A stretch of 64,000 nt of DNA, taken from the NCBI GenBank assembly GCA_017499595.2, contig CM039010.1, positions 372,001-436,000 on the forward strand. Direction: 5' to 3'. The position numbers and the translations under genes are program-made. This DNA comes from Psilocybe cubensis. Lineage: Eukaryota. This document shows, piece by piece, positions 13,278 to 26,425 of this stretch. Under the pieces are notes generated by a model. The model was not told where the DNA came from and made no database searches. It was given only the letters and a program-made list of their open reading frames with translations. Position 1 is the stretch's first letter, and every line of letters starts with the position of its first letter.

Positions 13278-15577
13278 ATGCGTGCAACTTATACTTTTAT
13301 TGGGATTGTGTACGCCGTGGGCGCCCATGCCTTCATAGGTCCTTCCGCCAATGTATACGTCGGAAACAAAGTTATTTCTCCCGACGGTTTCAGTCGCTCG
13401 TGTGTTCATTGTGATATATGTCCATTGTCTCTCGAGGGCTAAGGTCTGTTTCAGCGCCGTATTGGCAGGAGCTTCCGCCAGTTCCCTTACGTTCCCGGGA
13501 CCAGCTATACGTGCTTACAGGGCAAGCACCTAGCACCTCGTATCGCGTTGGCACCCACCCCTTACTGACTGTATAAACCCTCTAGGGTGGCAACCTGAAT
13601 TTGAATGTTATCAACCAACTGTCCGATACCAGTATGCTCACTAGCACCAGCATTGTATGTTATATCTTCCTATATCTCAAGAAAACATTCGAACTGAAAC
13701 CTTGATTCAGCATTGGCATGGATTTTTCCAAGCAGGCAGCAGTTGGGCAGATGGGCCTGTCGGAGTTACACAATGCCCTATAACGCCTAACCATTCCTTC
13801 CTTTACCAGTTTTCTACCGCTAATCAGGCGGGAACCTTTTGGTATCACTCTCACTACTGTACGTCTCTGATACCTCCGTTCGTCATTTTAGCTTACGAAT
13901 GACTATAGCGACACAATACTGTGATGGCCTTCGTGGAGCTATGGTAGTATATGACCTTAGAAATGAGCCACATAGGTCGCTGTGGGTATCACTTTGCTTT
14001 TTAGCTGTGGTATCACTTTGACTAATTATAAACTGAACAGCTATGATTTTGACGATGGTATGACAGCGTCGATCCTCATCATCTATTTTGACATGACAAC
14101 TTACCCGTTTGTATATTTCAGAGTCTACTATCATTACCCTGGCAGACTGGTAAATAGGCTGTTTAAACCCTTTAATATACGCAAGGTGATGTTCTAACTG
14201 GAATGTTTTCCCATATAGGTATCATACCCCTGCGCCCATTGCTGGTTTAGTCCCTACGCCTGACGCCACCTTGATCAACGGAAAAGGCCGCTATGCTGGC
14301 GGTCCCACCGTTCCTCTCTCGGTGATCAGGGTTCTTCCCGGTGTCCGATATCGATTCCGCTTGGTGTCACTCTCTTGCGACCCCAACTATACTTTCTCTA
14401 TTGATGGTCATTCTTTGGTCAGTGCCGTGTTGTCTTTTATATACACTGGCGGCTAACGACACATGGCTGCAGACTATCATTGAGGTCGATTCAGAAAGTG
14501 TCCAACCCCTGGTGGTAGATGAGATCCAGATTTTCGCCGGCCAGCGTTATTCCTTCATTTTGCGCACTAACCAACCAATCAATAATTACTGGATTCGTGC
14601 AAACCCAAATATCGGTACTCAGGGCTTTGCTGGTGGTCTAAACTCTGCTATTCTCCGCTATTGGGGGGCGCCTAACATTGACCCGACCACAACTTCATCC
14701 GTCAGTGCACCATTGGTCGAAACAAACCTTCATCCATACAGCAACCCCGCTGCACCCGGAGTTCCCACCGTTGGTGCTGCTGACGTTAACCTCAACCTCA
14801 ACATCGTCTTCGACTTTGCATCTCTGAAGTTCCAGGTCAATGGCGCTCCCTTCTCAGAAGCCACCGTGCCCGTTTTGCTCCAAATTCTCAGCGGTGCTAC
14901 CACTCCTGGAAGTCTTCTTCCGGCGGGCTCTGTTTACGAGCTCCCTCCTAATAAGGTCATTGAAATCTCCATGCCAGGAGGATCGATCGGTAGTCCGGTG
15001 AGCTCTATTGGCTTCAAGCTGGTTTCAATGCTGACGTGTGTAATGTATACAGCATCCCATTCATTTACACGGAGTGAGATTCTTTCCCTTCTGTCTCTTT
15101 CCAGCAACTGTGACACTGACAATACAACCCCTTGATAGCACAACTTTGCGGTAGTGCGAAGCGCTGGAAGCTCTGTGTATAACTACGCTAATCCTGTCAG
15201 ACGTGACGTTGTCAGTCTCGGCTCCTCGACAAATGACAATGTCACGATCCGGTTCCAGACTGATAACAGCGGCCCATGGATTATGCACTGGTATGTTTGT
15301 TGCTTAGTTCATGCGTGGGCTTCTCTTATTTTTTCATTAAAGCCACATCGATTGGCATCTTGAGATGTAAGCTTCCTTTTCTACGAGTTCCAAGCCAGAT
15401 TTTGATCATATTCCAACAGAGGGCTCGCAGTGGTCTTTGCAGAGGATATCCCCGGGATTGCAGCTAGCAGCCAGCCAGGTCAGTTTCTGGTAGAAATTCT
15501 AAGGTGTACAAGGTGTACTAAAGCACTCTGCAGCTGCCTGGGATCAACTATGCCCAGCGTTTGAGGCAAACCATTAG
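13278..15577 (+). CDS. lcc: Laccase (multicopper oxidase, AA1_1), multi-exon
   Basis: Signal peptide followed by FIGP. Copper-binding motifs HWHGFFQ, FWYHSH, HPIHLHG and HCHIDWHL (assembled across introns). Also GVRYRFRL and NYWIRANP. Ends [13 protein letters not shown]. Confidence 0.95.
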
Positions 15578-16149
15578 GCTTAAGGCGAAAGAAAGGACAA
15601 TATATCTATATGGATGTTTATTTACAAGAAAGAAAATCATTTGTATTCTACAAGATACTTCTGATTGTACTCCGACATATGTGTTGCACATGGTGCCCAA
15701 GTCAGTACCACTATCATCTGATGCACGTAGATGGTATCACATACCAACGCGAACCGCCGGAGGTTTAAATTAATTTCGAAGAATTTCTTGTTTAAATTAA
15801 GGCAAACACATTGATATAAATAATATCGCTATAATTCTAGAGCAAGATATTTATCGCTGTAGGGTACTATCCAGGTGCAAATCAAGACCGAATGAGTATC
15901 TTTCGACCTTTTGATCAACTCCAGGCTACGTACATAGGACCAGTGCACCTCTTTATGAATGACTTTGTTGAGCAACGGCACTTGATCATATCACCACTAA
16001 TTGATTGATTTACGTTGCTCAGATCTACCCAACAATGGAACCCCCGTCGTGTTAATATACACCCTGTGATATGAAATAGCTCTGCGACAAGGAAGTGGAA
16101 TCCGAACAAACGTGCCGCCGCACATCCCATCCATTGACCCGATCAGTAT

Positions 16150-17596
16150 TCAATATATCATAAATTCCGCATGATATTCGACAGTGCATTCGACAGTAAC
16201 GACAGGATTTAAAATCGGAAACCCGTCCATTATGCATTTCGCAAATACTTCTTGCCACTGACAGATCCGCTTGTGCTGATTGAGAGTTAATGGGGTATAA
16301 GAGTCCCGCCCCATGAAAATATGCGGACAGATATTCAGCTTTTTTATCCCCTGGTAGATCCTTGAGGACAAAAGCTCGTCTAGTGGTCCAACACCTATGA
16401 ATTTTAGAAAGAGATACAGGCTCTCGAGTTGTGGCGAGAAACCGTAAACAGGAAAGCCTATGAGGAGGTCAACTTGGATGGTCTCGAGTGACGCGTGCGG
16501 TACCGATAATTGCTGCGCTTCCAAGAGGGCAAAAACCATTGCAAAGGGGTTCCCTTCATTGAAGACTTTAAATTTGAAATGTAGCGTTTTGAGTTGGTTG
16601 AGATTTGTGATGTCAAAAAGCAAGAGTTCTGCTGTAGGAGTGTAAGCACGGGTTGAAGAAGATCTTAAAAATAAACTCAAGCATTATTGGTACTGTTTGA
16701 ATGCAGAGATATTCTAGCTTGGGCGTATGGGCAAGGAGTTCTTGTATACACACGGGGGGTTGTGACACTAACATAGGATTGATTTGGATACTGAGGGACG
16801 TGAGTTGAGAAAATGCTTGCCCTATGATAATAGGTGTAAGCGTAGTGATCCCGATCATTTGCAGGAGCTCGTAGTAGCTGATAGTTTTGGCGTCAAATTT
16901 GAGCAATCGGAGCTGGATAGGTGCGGTTGATTCAGCTGTATAAGGTTGGTTGGGATTATCGATAAGGATGTTTCCAAATACCAGACTCTTGATATTTGAA
17001 CCGTGAAAGAGGTCTCCAGGGATATCACAAATATTGTAGATCCGTATTTCATAAAGAAAGGAATGTCTAAGCAGATCAACGAGTTGTTCCCGGATATTCT
17101 CTCCCAAGGATCCCCATGGGACTGATACATAGTCCATAAAGTCAAGCGAAAGCGCATACTTCGTTTCTTGGTTATGCGGTGGGAGTCTATACAAATGTGC
17201 GAGTATCAAATCCAAAAATCCATCTTGAAGAAAGGTTGTATGGGGCCCTTGGAGTGATCTAGACATTGTTCTGACAGTGAAAGAGGTGATGAAAGTGTGC
17301 ACCCCAGGTAGAGTTTTCAATTGCAGTCCAGACCTGACAAGAGCGGAAAGTTCTCGTATTCTCCTGGTCTCCCAAACAAATGAGGAGCTTTCGGTGTCGA
17401 AATTAAGAGACGAAAATCGTAGTCTGTTGGCCGATCTTCGACATTCACGCGAAAGGAGTGCGATCGATGAGATCAGTTTTGAATTTGAACTTTCATCAGC
17501 TTTCAATAAAGTTGCGTCGACTATGGTATTCACGATTTCAATTGGAAGTCGGATTGGATCCAAGTTCTGAATGTGAAGTTCCGAGTTTACTGTCAT
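16150..17596 (-). CDS. F-box-like hypothetical protein, possibly disrupted at its single intron
   Basis: N-terminal LPIEIVNTIVD F-box-like motif and LRR-like segments (FSQLTSLSI, PKLEYLCI, QLKTLHF). Two overlapping ORFs in different frames need a junction near 16633-16681. Confidence 0.55.
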
Positions 17597-17767
17597 GGTG
17601 GTGTCGCAGAAAGCTTGCAAATCCAAAAATTCACATAATATCGTAAACAACAACACCTAAAGTTGTTCCCACGCAACCACAGACCACAGGTTTTGCGTTC
17701 ACCATTGATGGAAGGATGAAACTCGACAATAAAAAATCTGTAGATTTCTCGTTTGATGTTGTTAACC

Positions 17768-18228
17768 AGGACCCGGGAAGCTCCCCTAGAGGTCTGTCCG
17801 CTTTTTTGCCCGATTTTGGCCCTCAAATCCGCATTGTTTTGGGCCTCAAATCCGCAAAAGCGGACAATGATATTTACTAATTTAGACCTTCCCAATTGGG
17901 AAATTTTTTCTCCCTGCGGGGCATGAAAATCGATTCCGGCCTCGGATAATGCCGGAATCACGCTTTTAAATGTTTTACTGGCAAAATGCCATTGTTGGTG
18001 CCTAATTGGACCCAAAAAAGCTCTTTCAGGGCACGGTTTCCCATGGAAGACGTGATAGAAATTTTTCGAAAAAATCTTGTCCAATTGGCCCTAAAATCCG
18101 CAAAAAGCGGACAATGCTTGGGTCAAAATGCCCTCAAATCCGCCAAAAGTAGGACAATGATTTGGCCAAATTTTGGCCCTCAAATCCGCAAAAAGCGGAC
18201 AGACCTCTAGGGGAGCTTCCCGGGTCCT
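17768..18228. mobile_element. Intact MITE (461 bp) with long TIRs and an 8-bp target-site duplication
   Basis: TIR AGGACCCGGGAAGCTCCCCTAGAGGTCTGTCCGCTTTTT at both ends. TSD TGTTAACC at 17760-17767 and 18229-18236. Internal repeats of CCTCAAATCCGC(AAAAGCGGAC). Confidence 0.95.
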
Positions 18229-18591
18229 TGTTAACCACACTGTAGATACTGCCCAGGTTATTGCTCACAATAGCGACGACGAAATATTCATATCCACCGT
18301 ACCTCAGCTAGGTCCGTCACGCGATTTCTACAGATCAGCTAGTGAGAAACGGTTTTGAAACCTAAGCCTTGATACCAAGGTGTCTTTATTTGAGAGATTA
18401 AAAAATAGGATCTCAGACCTCGCTGTGATGATCAACCCTGCAGAGTGCAAAAGGCACACTACCAGGAATTCTTACATTCGTCACATCATTTTCCCTCTGT
18501 ATAGCGGCCAAGACTATCACCCACGGGCAATATAAAAAAATTTCTAGACAGCGGATTGCTGGAGGTGATAATTCAGTGTTTGTTTGGCATT

Positions 18592-19137
18592 TGTCAACGA
18601 AACATTGTTTTTAGATTGACCTGGTCGATAAACAAACTCGAATGTCTCCGCACTTAATACACAGTTCACCAGCCAAAGACAAGAAATGCGGGCGGAGATC
18701 GGAGACCAAATCACAAATCTGGAGGCTCTTACAACAAAATACACAAATGCCAAAGCACTGGTAACATAGATTGCAAAAACAAAGAGGCTAAGACGAACAT
18801 ACAAAGAAGATACACTACTACGAGATTTGGAAGAAGTAGAGGATTAGAGTAGAGGGAACAAACACACAAAGCGGTCGGAAGGACTGCGAAGACAAAAGGA
18901 GATTGAGGAGAAGGAATATACTAGAAGGGAAGGAACTGCCTAAAGGAGGCGCCGGAGGCCGGAGGTGCTGGGCCAAACACTGGCAGCCCGGGGAAAGGGC
19001 TGGGTCTAGAGGGGGGACGAGAGGACCCTCCAAGACGCAGGAACAGGCCAATAAAAGCAACTACGGGCTCAGGAAGCCTATAGGTAGATTAGCAATACTA
19101 CGCCAAGGGAGGGGTCCTCCCCTCAGAGGCGCTAACA
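18592..19137 (-). mobile_element. Possible solo LTR
   Basis: Bounded by TGTCAACG...CGCTAACA (TGT..ACA, 6/8 inverted match), ~550 bp, with a GC-rich, strand-skewed interior and no credible ORF. No TSD found. Confidence 0.3.
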
Positions 19138-20528
19138 TAAAACAAAACAAAAAAAAAACACAGTTCAGCAATTTCCTGGAGGTCTTTGGGATCCAACCTG
19201 TCCTCCCGGAATGCACAGCTTATTTGACACGGCTTCATTCACGAGGTACGGATTCTTAAAATTCATGATATATGGCAATTATTTGAGTATAAGTCATGAT
19301 GTCGAACCTTTAGTTGAACTTAAATAAAACAATAAAACAACATGTAAAGCAATGGCTGTTTGGCCTTGCTGTCAAGTAAGGCTCCCAGTTGCGCCACCAC
19401 GGTCAATTCGGCATGACTTGCTTTTCATGATTTCATTCCATTTTCTTTTCGTCTCATCCCTCAGCTCCCTAATTCAGATCATTATGCTCATTTGTTAGAA
19501 TGGCTCTGAATTAAAGGTAGGTTGAGATCCCTGAAAATATGACAATGTTTCTTCCTCTACTCCTGGAAAGCATTACGTACACGTGCCAGATAGTCATAAT
19601 GACATTCTTTTCTGGAAGCTTTGGTATGTCTGTTGTTACACGGTATACAATCGTATTCGATAGAGCAAAGACTTTGCGACTTCATTCAAAGAAAGCCAGC
19701 GCCACGAGGAGTCAACCGCAGGTTGACGACGAGTGGCACTGGCCAATAGCATATTTTCTGTCCTTTTCAGTAGCAGCAAAATTTTACACCATGATGCTCT
19801 CTGTTTGATTCTGCCAGTTCAAGAAATGAGTTGAATTGCTGTGTTAGCACTTAAGTTTGAAAATGCACAATTAAATGGTGATAATTAGTTAAAAGCCCAT
19901 AAGGACCAATAAGGCCCATTCGCGTCAGCGAATCCTAGTGTTCAACTTACAGCAGTCGTCACCCGCAGTGTTGCTAGTCTGGGGGTTCGTCTGTTCCTGA
20001 AATAGGGGTGTGAACCGGCTTCACCTCGGCATCTTCGGAGCCGGGAAACAGTGCTGGGGCTTTGTCAGCTGATGTGATGTTATCAAACCTCCCATGCCCC
20101 TTCCAGCTTGAAGCAGCAGCACATTGCACAGTCAGGCAGAAAGCCCAGGGGTCTACGTTTAGTCACTTGGTCGACCATTTACGTTTCTGGGTTTTTGTGG
20201 ACCCTTACCTTTCTTTTCCTTTCGTCGGTGTGCTTGTAGTGCTAGGGCCGGCCGACGGAGCAACTGTACTCTTCCGTTCGAGTTTGTATTTGTACCTGGA
20301 GATTGTGTCATTGACGTTGACCAGGCCTCTTAGACGTTGTACCATTACCATTCTCTCCGACCCTCCGACCATACACATATACTCGCATATATACGCACAT
20401 CTCGCCTCCGACAACGACGACAGACACGACACGATTCGCCCACAGAACCCACGATAGCACACCGTTTACTTGGATAGACAACGATTAGACCTGAGGGGAG
20501 AGTAGAAGAGAAGAGCTGAATAAGAACC

Positions 20529-23500
20529 ATGGCGAACAACGCGCCAGTACAGGCTTTCAAGCGCCCCACTGCTGGGGCGGCTACAGGGGCGGCGGCACCA
20601 CCGAAGCAGTTCGAGGACGACGCGCGGCCGTATATCATTGTGGATGATATTGGAAAGGGAAGCTTTGCGACGGTGTATAAGGGCTATCACCAGGTGCGTG
20701 TCGTCGATCTCTCATTGTCTGCCAGCTAACTCTAACCTTCGGGTTGGATTCGCTCAGGACACGAGGCAGACGGTCGCGATTAAACAAGTGAAGCGGGACA
20801 ATTTGACGACGAAACTATTCGAGAACCTTCAAAGCGAAATTCAGATACTCAAGTCCCTTTCGCATAGGCATATCACGAAGCTGATAGACATTGTGGTAAG
20901 CTCCCTTCCTACACCTGGACAAACAGCAGAAACAGCAGTCTAAACGCCATCCCCTGGATTCCCCTCGCACGCAGCGCGCAGAGAAACATATTTACCTCAT
21001 TATGGAATACTGCGCTGGTGGGGATTTGACCAACTACATCAAGAAGCGCGGGCGCGTCGAGGGTCTGGAGTATGTGCCCGCGCCGGGTGCCGCGCTGCAG
21101 TATTATCCGCACCCACGAACAGGCGGTCTCGATGAGGTTGCGGTGCGCTGCTTCCTACGGCAGCTAGGGCGGGCGCTTAAGTTTCTGAGGCATAGGAATT
21201 TGATTCATAGGGATATCAAACCGCAGGTGGGTGGTTCGTTTGTTTTTGTCGTTTTCTTGTTTTGGCTTGTCCGTTACCCTTTTCGGCTTCACCCTTTGGC
21301 ACCACTCACCACTGCACTTAAACCACAACCACCACTACCTTTTTCGCTTTGGAATTGGACCAAGCCGACGCGAATCATGTCAGGCAGGGAATCAACCCAA
21401 AGCAAACCTCCCTTTTTGCACTCCTTACCTTCCATCCAACTCCATGTTCAAAACGAACCAGTTCGCATCTTCTGCTCCCATCCTTGCCTTCGCTTCATTC
21501 ACTTCTTTGCTGTCATCCCTGCCTTCGCTTCATTTGATTCTTCGTACTTTTCATTCTAACTAATTTTCATAGAACCTCCTATTAAACCCAGCCTCCCCCG
21601 AGGAACTCGCGCGGGGCCACCCGCTCGGCGTGCCAATTCTCAAAGTTGCAGACTTTGGTTTTGCAAGAAGCTTGCCGGAAGCCATGTTAGCTGAGACGCT
21701 TTGCGGTAGTCCGTAAGTCCGTTCACTTTCTGACCTATACGTCTATCTTATCTTTTTTGTGGACAGCCTCTACATGGCCCCCGAAATTTTGCGGTACGAG
21801 AAATACGACGCTCGGGCGGACCTGTGGTCCGTCGGTGCCGTGCTGTATGAAATGAGTGTCGGCCGCGCGCCATTCAGAGCACAGAACCACATCGAGCTGC
21901 TGCGCAAGATCGAGAGCTCTAAGGGCGTCAAGTTTCCGGACGAGGATGCTTCCGACAAAGACCACAAGGAACGGGGAAGTAAAGAGAGAGAAGGAGGGAA
22001 AGACAGGGGCGGCAGCGCGGACCTACCTGTGCCAGAGGATATCAAGGCGCTCATCCGCAAGTTGTTGCAGAGGAATCCGGTCGAACGGGCAAGCTATGAA
22101 GAGTTCTTTGGTAGTCGGGCGATGGTGCGGAGCAAGTTTCCGAGGCCACAGCAAGCGGTGGGCGTGGATGCATCGGCTTCTTTGGGTGCTAGTAAGTGCT
22201 CATCTGGCGTGTATGGAGACGGTGAATCTGACTTGGAAACATTGTAGGTAATGGCCAGAGCCAACACGCATGGCCGAGCGGGCGTCCACCGACGCCCGAG
22301 CACCACCGCATTATCCCGCCAGAGGTTCTCGACATGAACGCCCTGATCCCACCGAGCCAGATCAACTTCCGACAACACCGAACCATCGGTGCAGCGGGCG
22401 GCGTGGGTGCTTTAGATGTGGGCGTCGAGGTACATCCTAGCAATGGTGCCCGCGCAGGAGCTGGCCTGGTTATCAGAGACGCATCGCCTTTATCTGGTTT
22501 GACGACAGGGAATGGGAATGGTAAGAAGAAAGCATGGGCGGGGACTGTGTTAGGCCCTGGTGCTGGTGCAGGTGCCCGACGGCTGGACATGGAACTGGAG
22601 AGCTCGTATATCCCGGGCGAAAGCGAGGAAGACGGGAATCTACGGCGGGAATACGTCCTTGTGGGGGATAAACGCGCGGTAGAGGTATTTAAGACTGTTG
22701 ATGGTGTGTCTCGTTTTCTGATTATTGCCTACGACTTCTGGCTCTGACGGAGCACAATGCAGAAATATCGTCCGCGCAACCCCCTCCTCGGAGACCACTA
22801 CATGACCGGCGCGCGCAGACGTTCGACAAGGACTACAATGCCCAAAATCTTGCGGGCCCATCATCTGCTACTCCCTCGCCGTCCAACCCATCGCATTTCC
22901 CACAACCTTCCTATGCAACTAATGCTGCCGCCTCGCCCCTCTCTCCAATTACGAACACCACAACAGTGATGCCTATACCTACCACTTCCACACCTACGAC
23001 CCACTCACCCATGACGTTTCCTCCGCCGCCCGCTGTGCTCGCTGGCACACCAATTTCACCGATCGCCCCGCCACTCTCGAGTTCGCCCTCGCGCGCGGCG
23101 ACGAACGCGCTGAACCGCGCCCTGAGCATCGCGAGCAAGAAGCTGTTTGGTCATGGGCATGGGCATTCCGCGAGCACGGGCACGAGCAGCCCGGGGGCTG
23201 GACCCAGTGGGACAAGTAACGGTACTGCTGGGCCCAGTGGGAGTGGGAACGGGAAGCACCGCGCGTCGCCTTCGCTGGATAGCGGTGCACCGACTCCTGG
23301 AGGCTATTTTAGCAATAGCGCTCAGTCGTCACCGCGCCGGATGAATGGTGGGGCTGTCCCGCTGCCTGGTGACGATGCAGATGCTGCTCGCGGTGTGGGC
23401 ACTGGAGGTGGTGGTGTAGGAGGGCCAGGGGAAGTGGCCGTGACAGAGAGGGACCCGATGGAGGAGGAACTTCTGGCGTCGCTGGAAGAGCTGGCGCAGA

Positions 23501-24529
23501 AGACGGATGTGCTGACGCGTTGGGCGGATCAGATGTACGAGTATGTCAAGGCGATTCCACAGAGTACGTTCTTCCCCTATCTTTCTTTTCTTGTATTGAC
23601 TATCTATCGGATAGAACCTCTCCCGGACCCATCTAAATTCACGCAACGCGAAGGAGAACCAGACAAGCACGCGCGTCGGCGGAAACACGCGGACATGGAG
23701 GCAGAGTTCAACGCTGTCACATGTGTCGCGGTGTACATGCTCCTCATGTCCTTTTCGCAAAAGGGCATTGACAAACTGCGCAACTTCCAGGAACACATGA
23801 GTATGCGTTTCCCAGAGGGCGACTTTGTGGTCAGTGAGGGGTTTGGTGAAGGTGTGTGTCTTGGGGGCGTTGGGTGTGAGGGAATGGTGCTGATTTTTTT
23901 AAATAGCGCTCAATTGGTTCAGAGAACATTTTATCAAGTGTAATGAGCGTGCGGAGCTTGTGAAAACGTGGCTACCTGTCACTTACGATGGACCAAAGAG
24001 CTACCTCGATCAGCTGGTTTACGACCGTGCGCTTATTCTCGTGCGTATCTCTTGTCATATTTTCTGTAATTTCGCTCATGTTTGTTCCTTTTGTTCATAT
24101 ATACTCTGTGCTCTCGACATGTAGAGCCGGACAGCTGCTAGGAAAGAACTACTCGACCAGATGACGACCCCGGACGAATGCGAAAAGCTATACGAGGAGT
24201 CGCTGTGGTGCTTGTATGCGCTGCAGGACAATCTTTTGCAGAGCGGAAATCCATTTATGGACGAGGATCGCGAGACGATAGCTACTTGTCGGTCCCTTTC
24301 ATGTTGTTCTGTTTTGACTGGTTTGATAATTGATAACAATTTAGGGATCAAGCGGACGAAGCTGCGCCTCGTGCGGTGTCGTGCTCGTATGGCGATGAAC
24401 CACCACGACAGGGTAAACGATGCGCGTGCGGACCATAATCTTGCGGATGTGATGCGTATCCCGGCGCCGTGGGATGCGAAGCCGACACCCAAGGGCAGTC
24501 CGTTGCACGTTAATACAACGCTGTCGTGA
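20529..24529 (+). CDS. ATG1: Serine/threonine kinase Atg1/ULK1 (autophagy), multi-exon
   Basis: [58 protein letters not shown] and DLWSVG. C-terminal tMIT-like region ([21 protein letters not shown]). Confidence 0.93.
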
Positions 24530-25068
24530 TTATCTTTTTCTCTTCTTTTTACTGGTTGTGTGTTTTCTTTATCTGTGTTCTGTTTTTTGATTTCGGTTCT
24601 CATTCCTCCGGTCTTGTACTTTATCACGATAGATGTCTTGTTTTGCCCCGCCTCGTTAGAGGCAAGGTGGAACATCGTCACTGCTACTTACTTGCCTCGT
24701 TCCTCTTCTTTCATTTTTCATCCCCTATTACCCCAAAGCCTCCAAGCTCTTCTTTTATCTATTTACCACCTGCATTACTTTTGATATCTGGAACGAACAT
24801 TCACATCCACATTTCTCTACCCTTCCCTTTCCCCATTCATTGTCAACCAATCAAATCACTATCACTGTACTCTGTACTGCTCTGTTTTGAATAATCTTTA
24901 ACACCACATCCTTTTTTTGCTTGTCTGTATTATTAGTAGCCCTGCATTCTTATCACTTGTTTGTACGATTTTGTAATTTTTTGAGCATCTTTCCCTGTGT
25001 TGTATTACTTTTATTAGAACAAGGTGTATTGATTTTCTCAAGTGAACGATGGTTGGAAAGGTTACAGC

Positions 25069-26084
25069 TTAAAAATCAAATGTCTTGTTGAGATCTTCAT
25101 GCAGGAGCTGCTTCATCCCTGGAGGGAGGCGGGGTTCATCTCCGTCAGCAATGTACCCTAGTTAGTTGAGGATGAGATTTAACTAATAGTTGACAACTAG
25201 ATATTGACGTACTAAATGGCATCTCGACGGATTCTTTCGCGTTAAATCGGATTGTGGGGTGATCCTGGCAGGGATATCACGCTATTCCTTCATGGTGAAG
25301 GAGAGAATGTGCTTGACTTACGATGTAAGGTATCTCTTTCAGAGGGATTTTATCGTGAACGACAAGCTTGGTAACGCCGAGTGCAGTGTCTGTCGTCATT
25401 TGCACGGGTCCTAGGTGGCGAGTGGGGAATCCACGAACCCGTAGCTCAGAGGTACGGTCGCGCGGTGGGTCGTCGCCTTGCAAATACGTGTTAGACGTTC
25501 AGTCGATCTCGAAAAGAATGATTGCCCACCAAGAATACCCTGTTTTCTCCGACACAGGTACATGAGCTCTCGTAGCTTAACGGATGTGAATCACGGAACG
25601 AGGACATACCCCGAACAAAAACCATTCAAATCGACCGTCGCCGTCCTCTGGCGCAAGTTCGCTTTCGGCTTTGGGATCGAGTAAGCAGACTTTGTCGAGA
25701 GGGATGCCCTGGGTTTCCATAAGGCGCATGATGCCGTCCCTGTGCGCGGAGACCTTGGATAGGCTGGGATCGGAGGCGGCACTGAATGCATTGGAAAGAA
25801 AGTCGCAGGATGACTTGGAGAGAGACGTGAATTGGACGTGGCCTTCTGGACCAGCGAGCATGCGCATGTGCTGCAAAATACGCATTATTATCGTCAAAAA
25901 TTATTTTAATTGAAGATATTGGTATACCGCGTATTCGAGTTCAACCCAAGGTGGAATCGCCTTCGTGGTCTCCTCATCGTCCTCCATATGTTCTGCGTTG
26001 TATTGATTGCTCGTTTTAGAGCGTATGTACACAGAAGACAGAGATCGGTATATGTTGCGGACCTATCACGTATGTGAATGCCAT
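25069..26084 (-). CDS. SFM1: SPOUT-family protein arginine methyltransferase Sfm1
   Basis: Spliced: MAFTYVIEHMED..WVELEY..HM; VCLLDPKAESELAPEDG..FEWFLFG; GDDPPRDRTSELR..RHLGPVQMTTDTA; EMPFRY...PGMKQLLHEDLNKTFDF*. Confidence 0.85.
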
Positions 26085-26425
26085 TGTAGTCGTAGATTAT
26101 GGGCAGCTTATGGATATTGTAGTCCCTCGTCGTCGGTATTCAAGTTGATAACAGAAAAAAATTGTCAAGCAAGACGTTCGGAGATGGCCGAACAGCGTCC
26201 AGCGCGTGTAAACTCGAACCGTTCTTCCTTCTCAAATCTTACTATATTGATGAATCCAGACCTCTTCCTCCTTGTTACTTGGTCAGGCTAAAGCGATATC
26301 TTAGACGCCAACACCTCATCAACTTGCAATCTACCTCGACAGTATGTATGCCAATCTGTTACTAGGACGTCTATTCAATATCCATTTTCAGAAAATTATA
26401 TGACATTGTGGGGTTAGGCGTGCAT

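Noticed and set aside
17593-18358. ORFs of 61-163 aa overlapping the MITE
   Set aside because: They are translations of TIR/subterminal repeats, with no transposase motifs.
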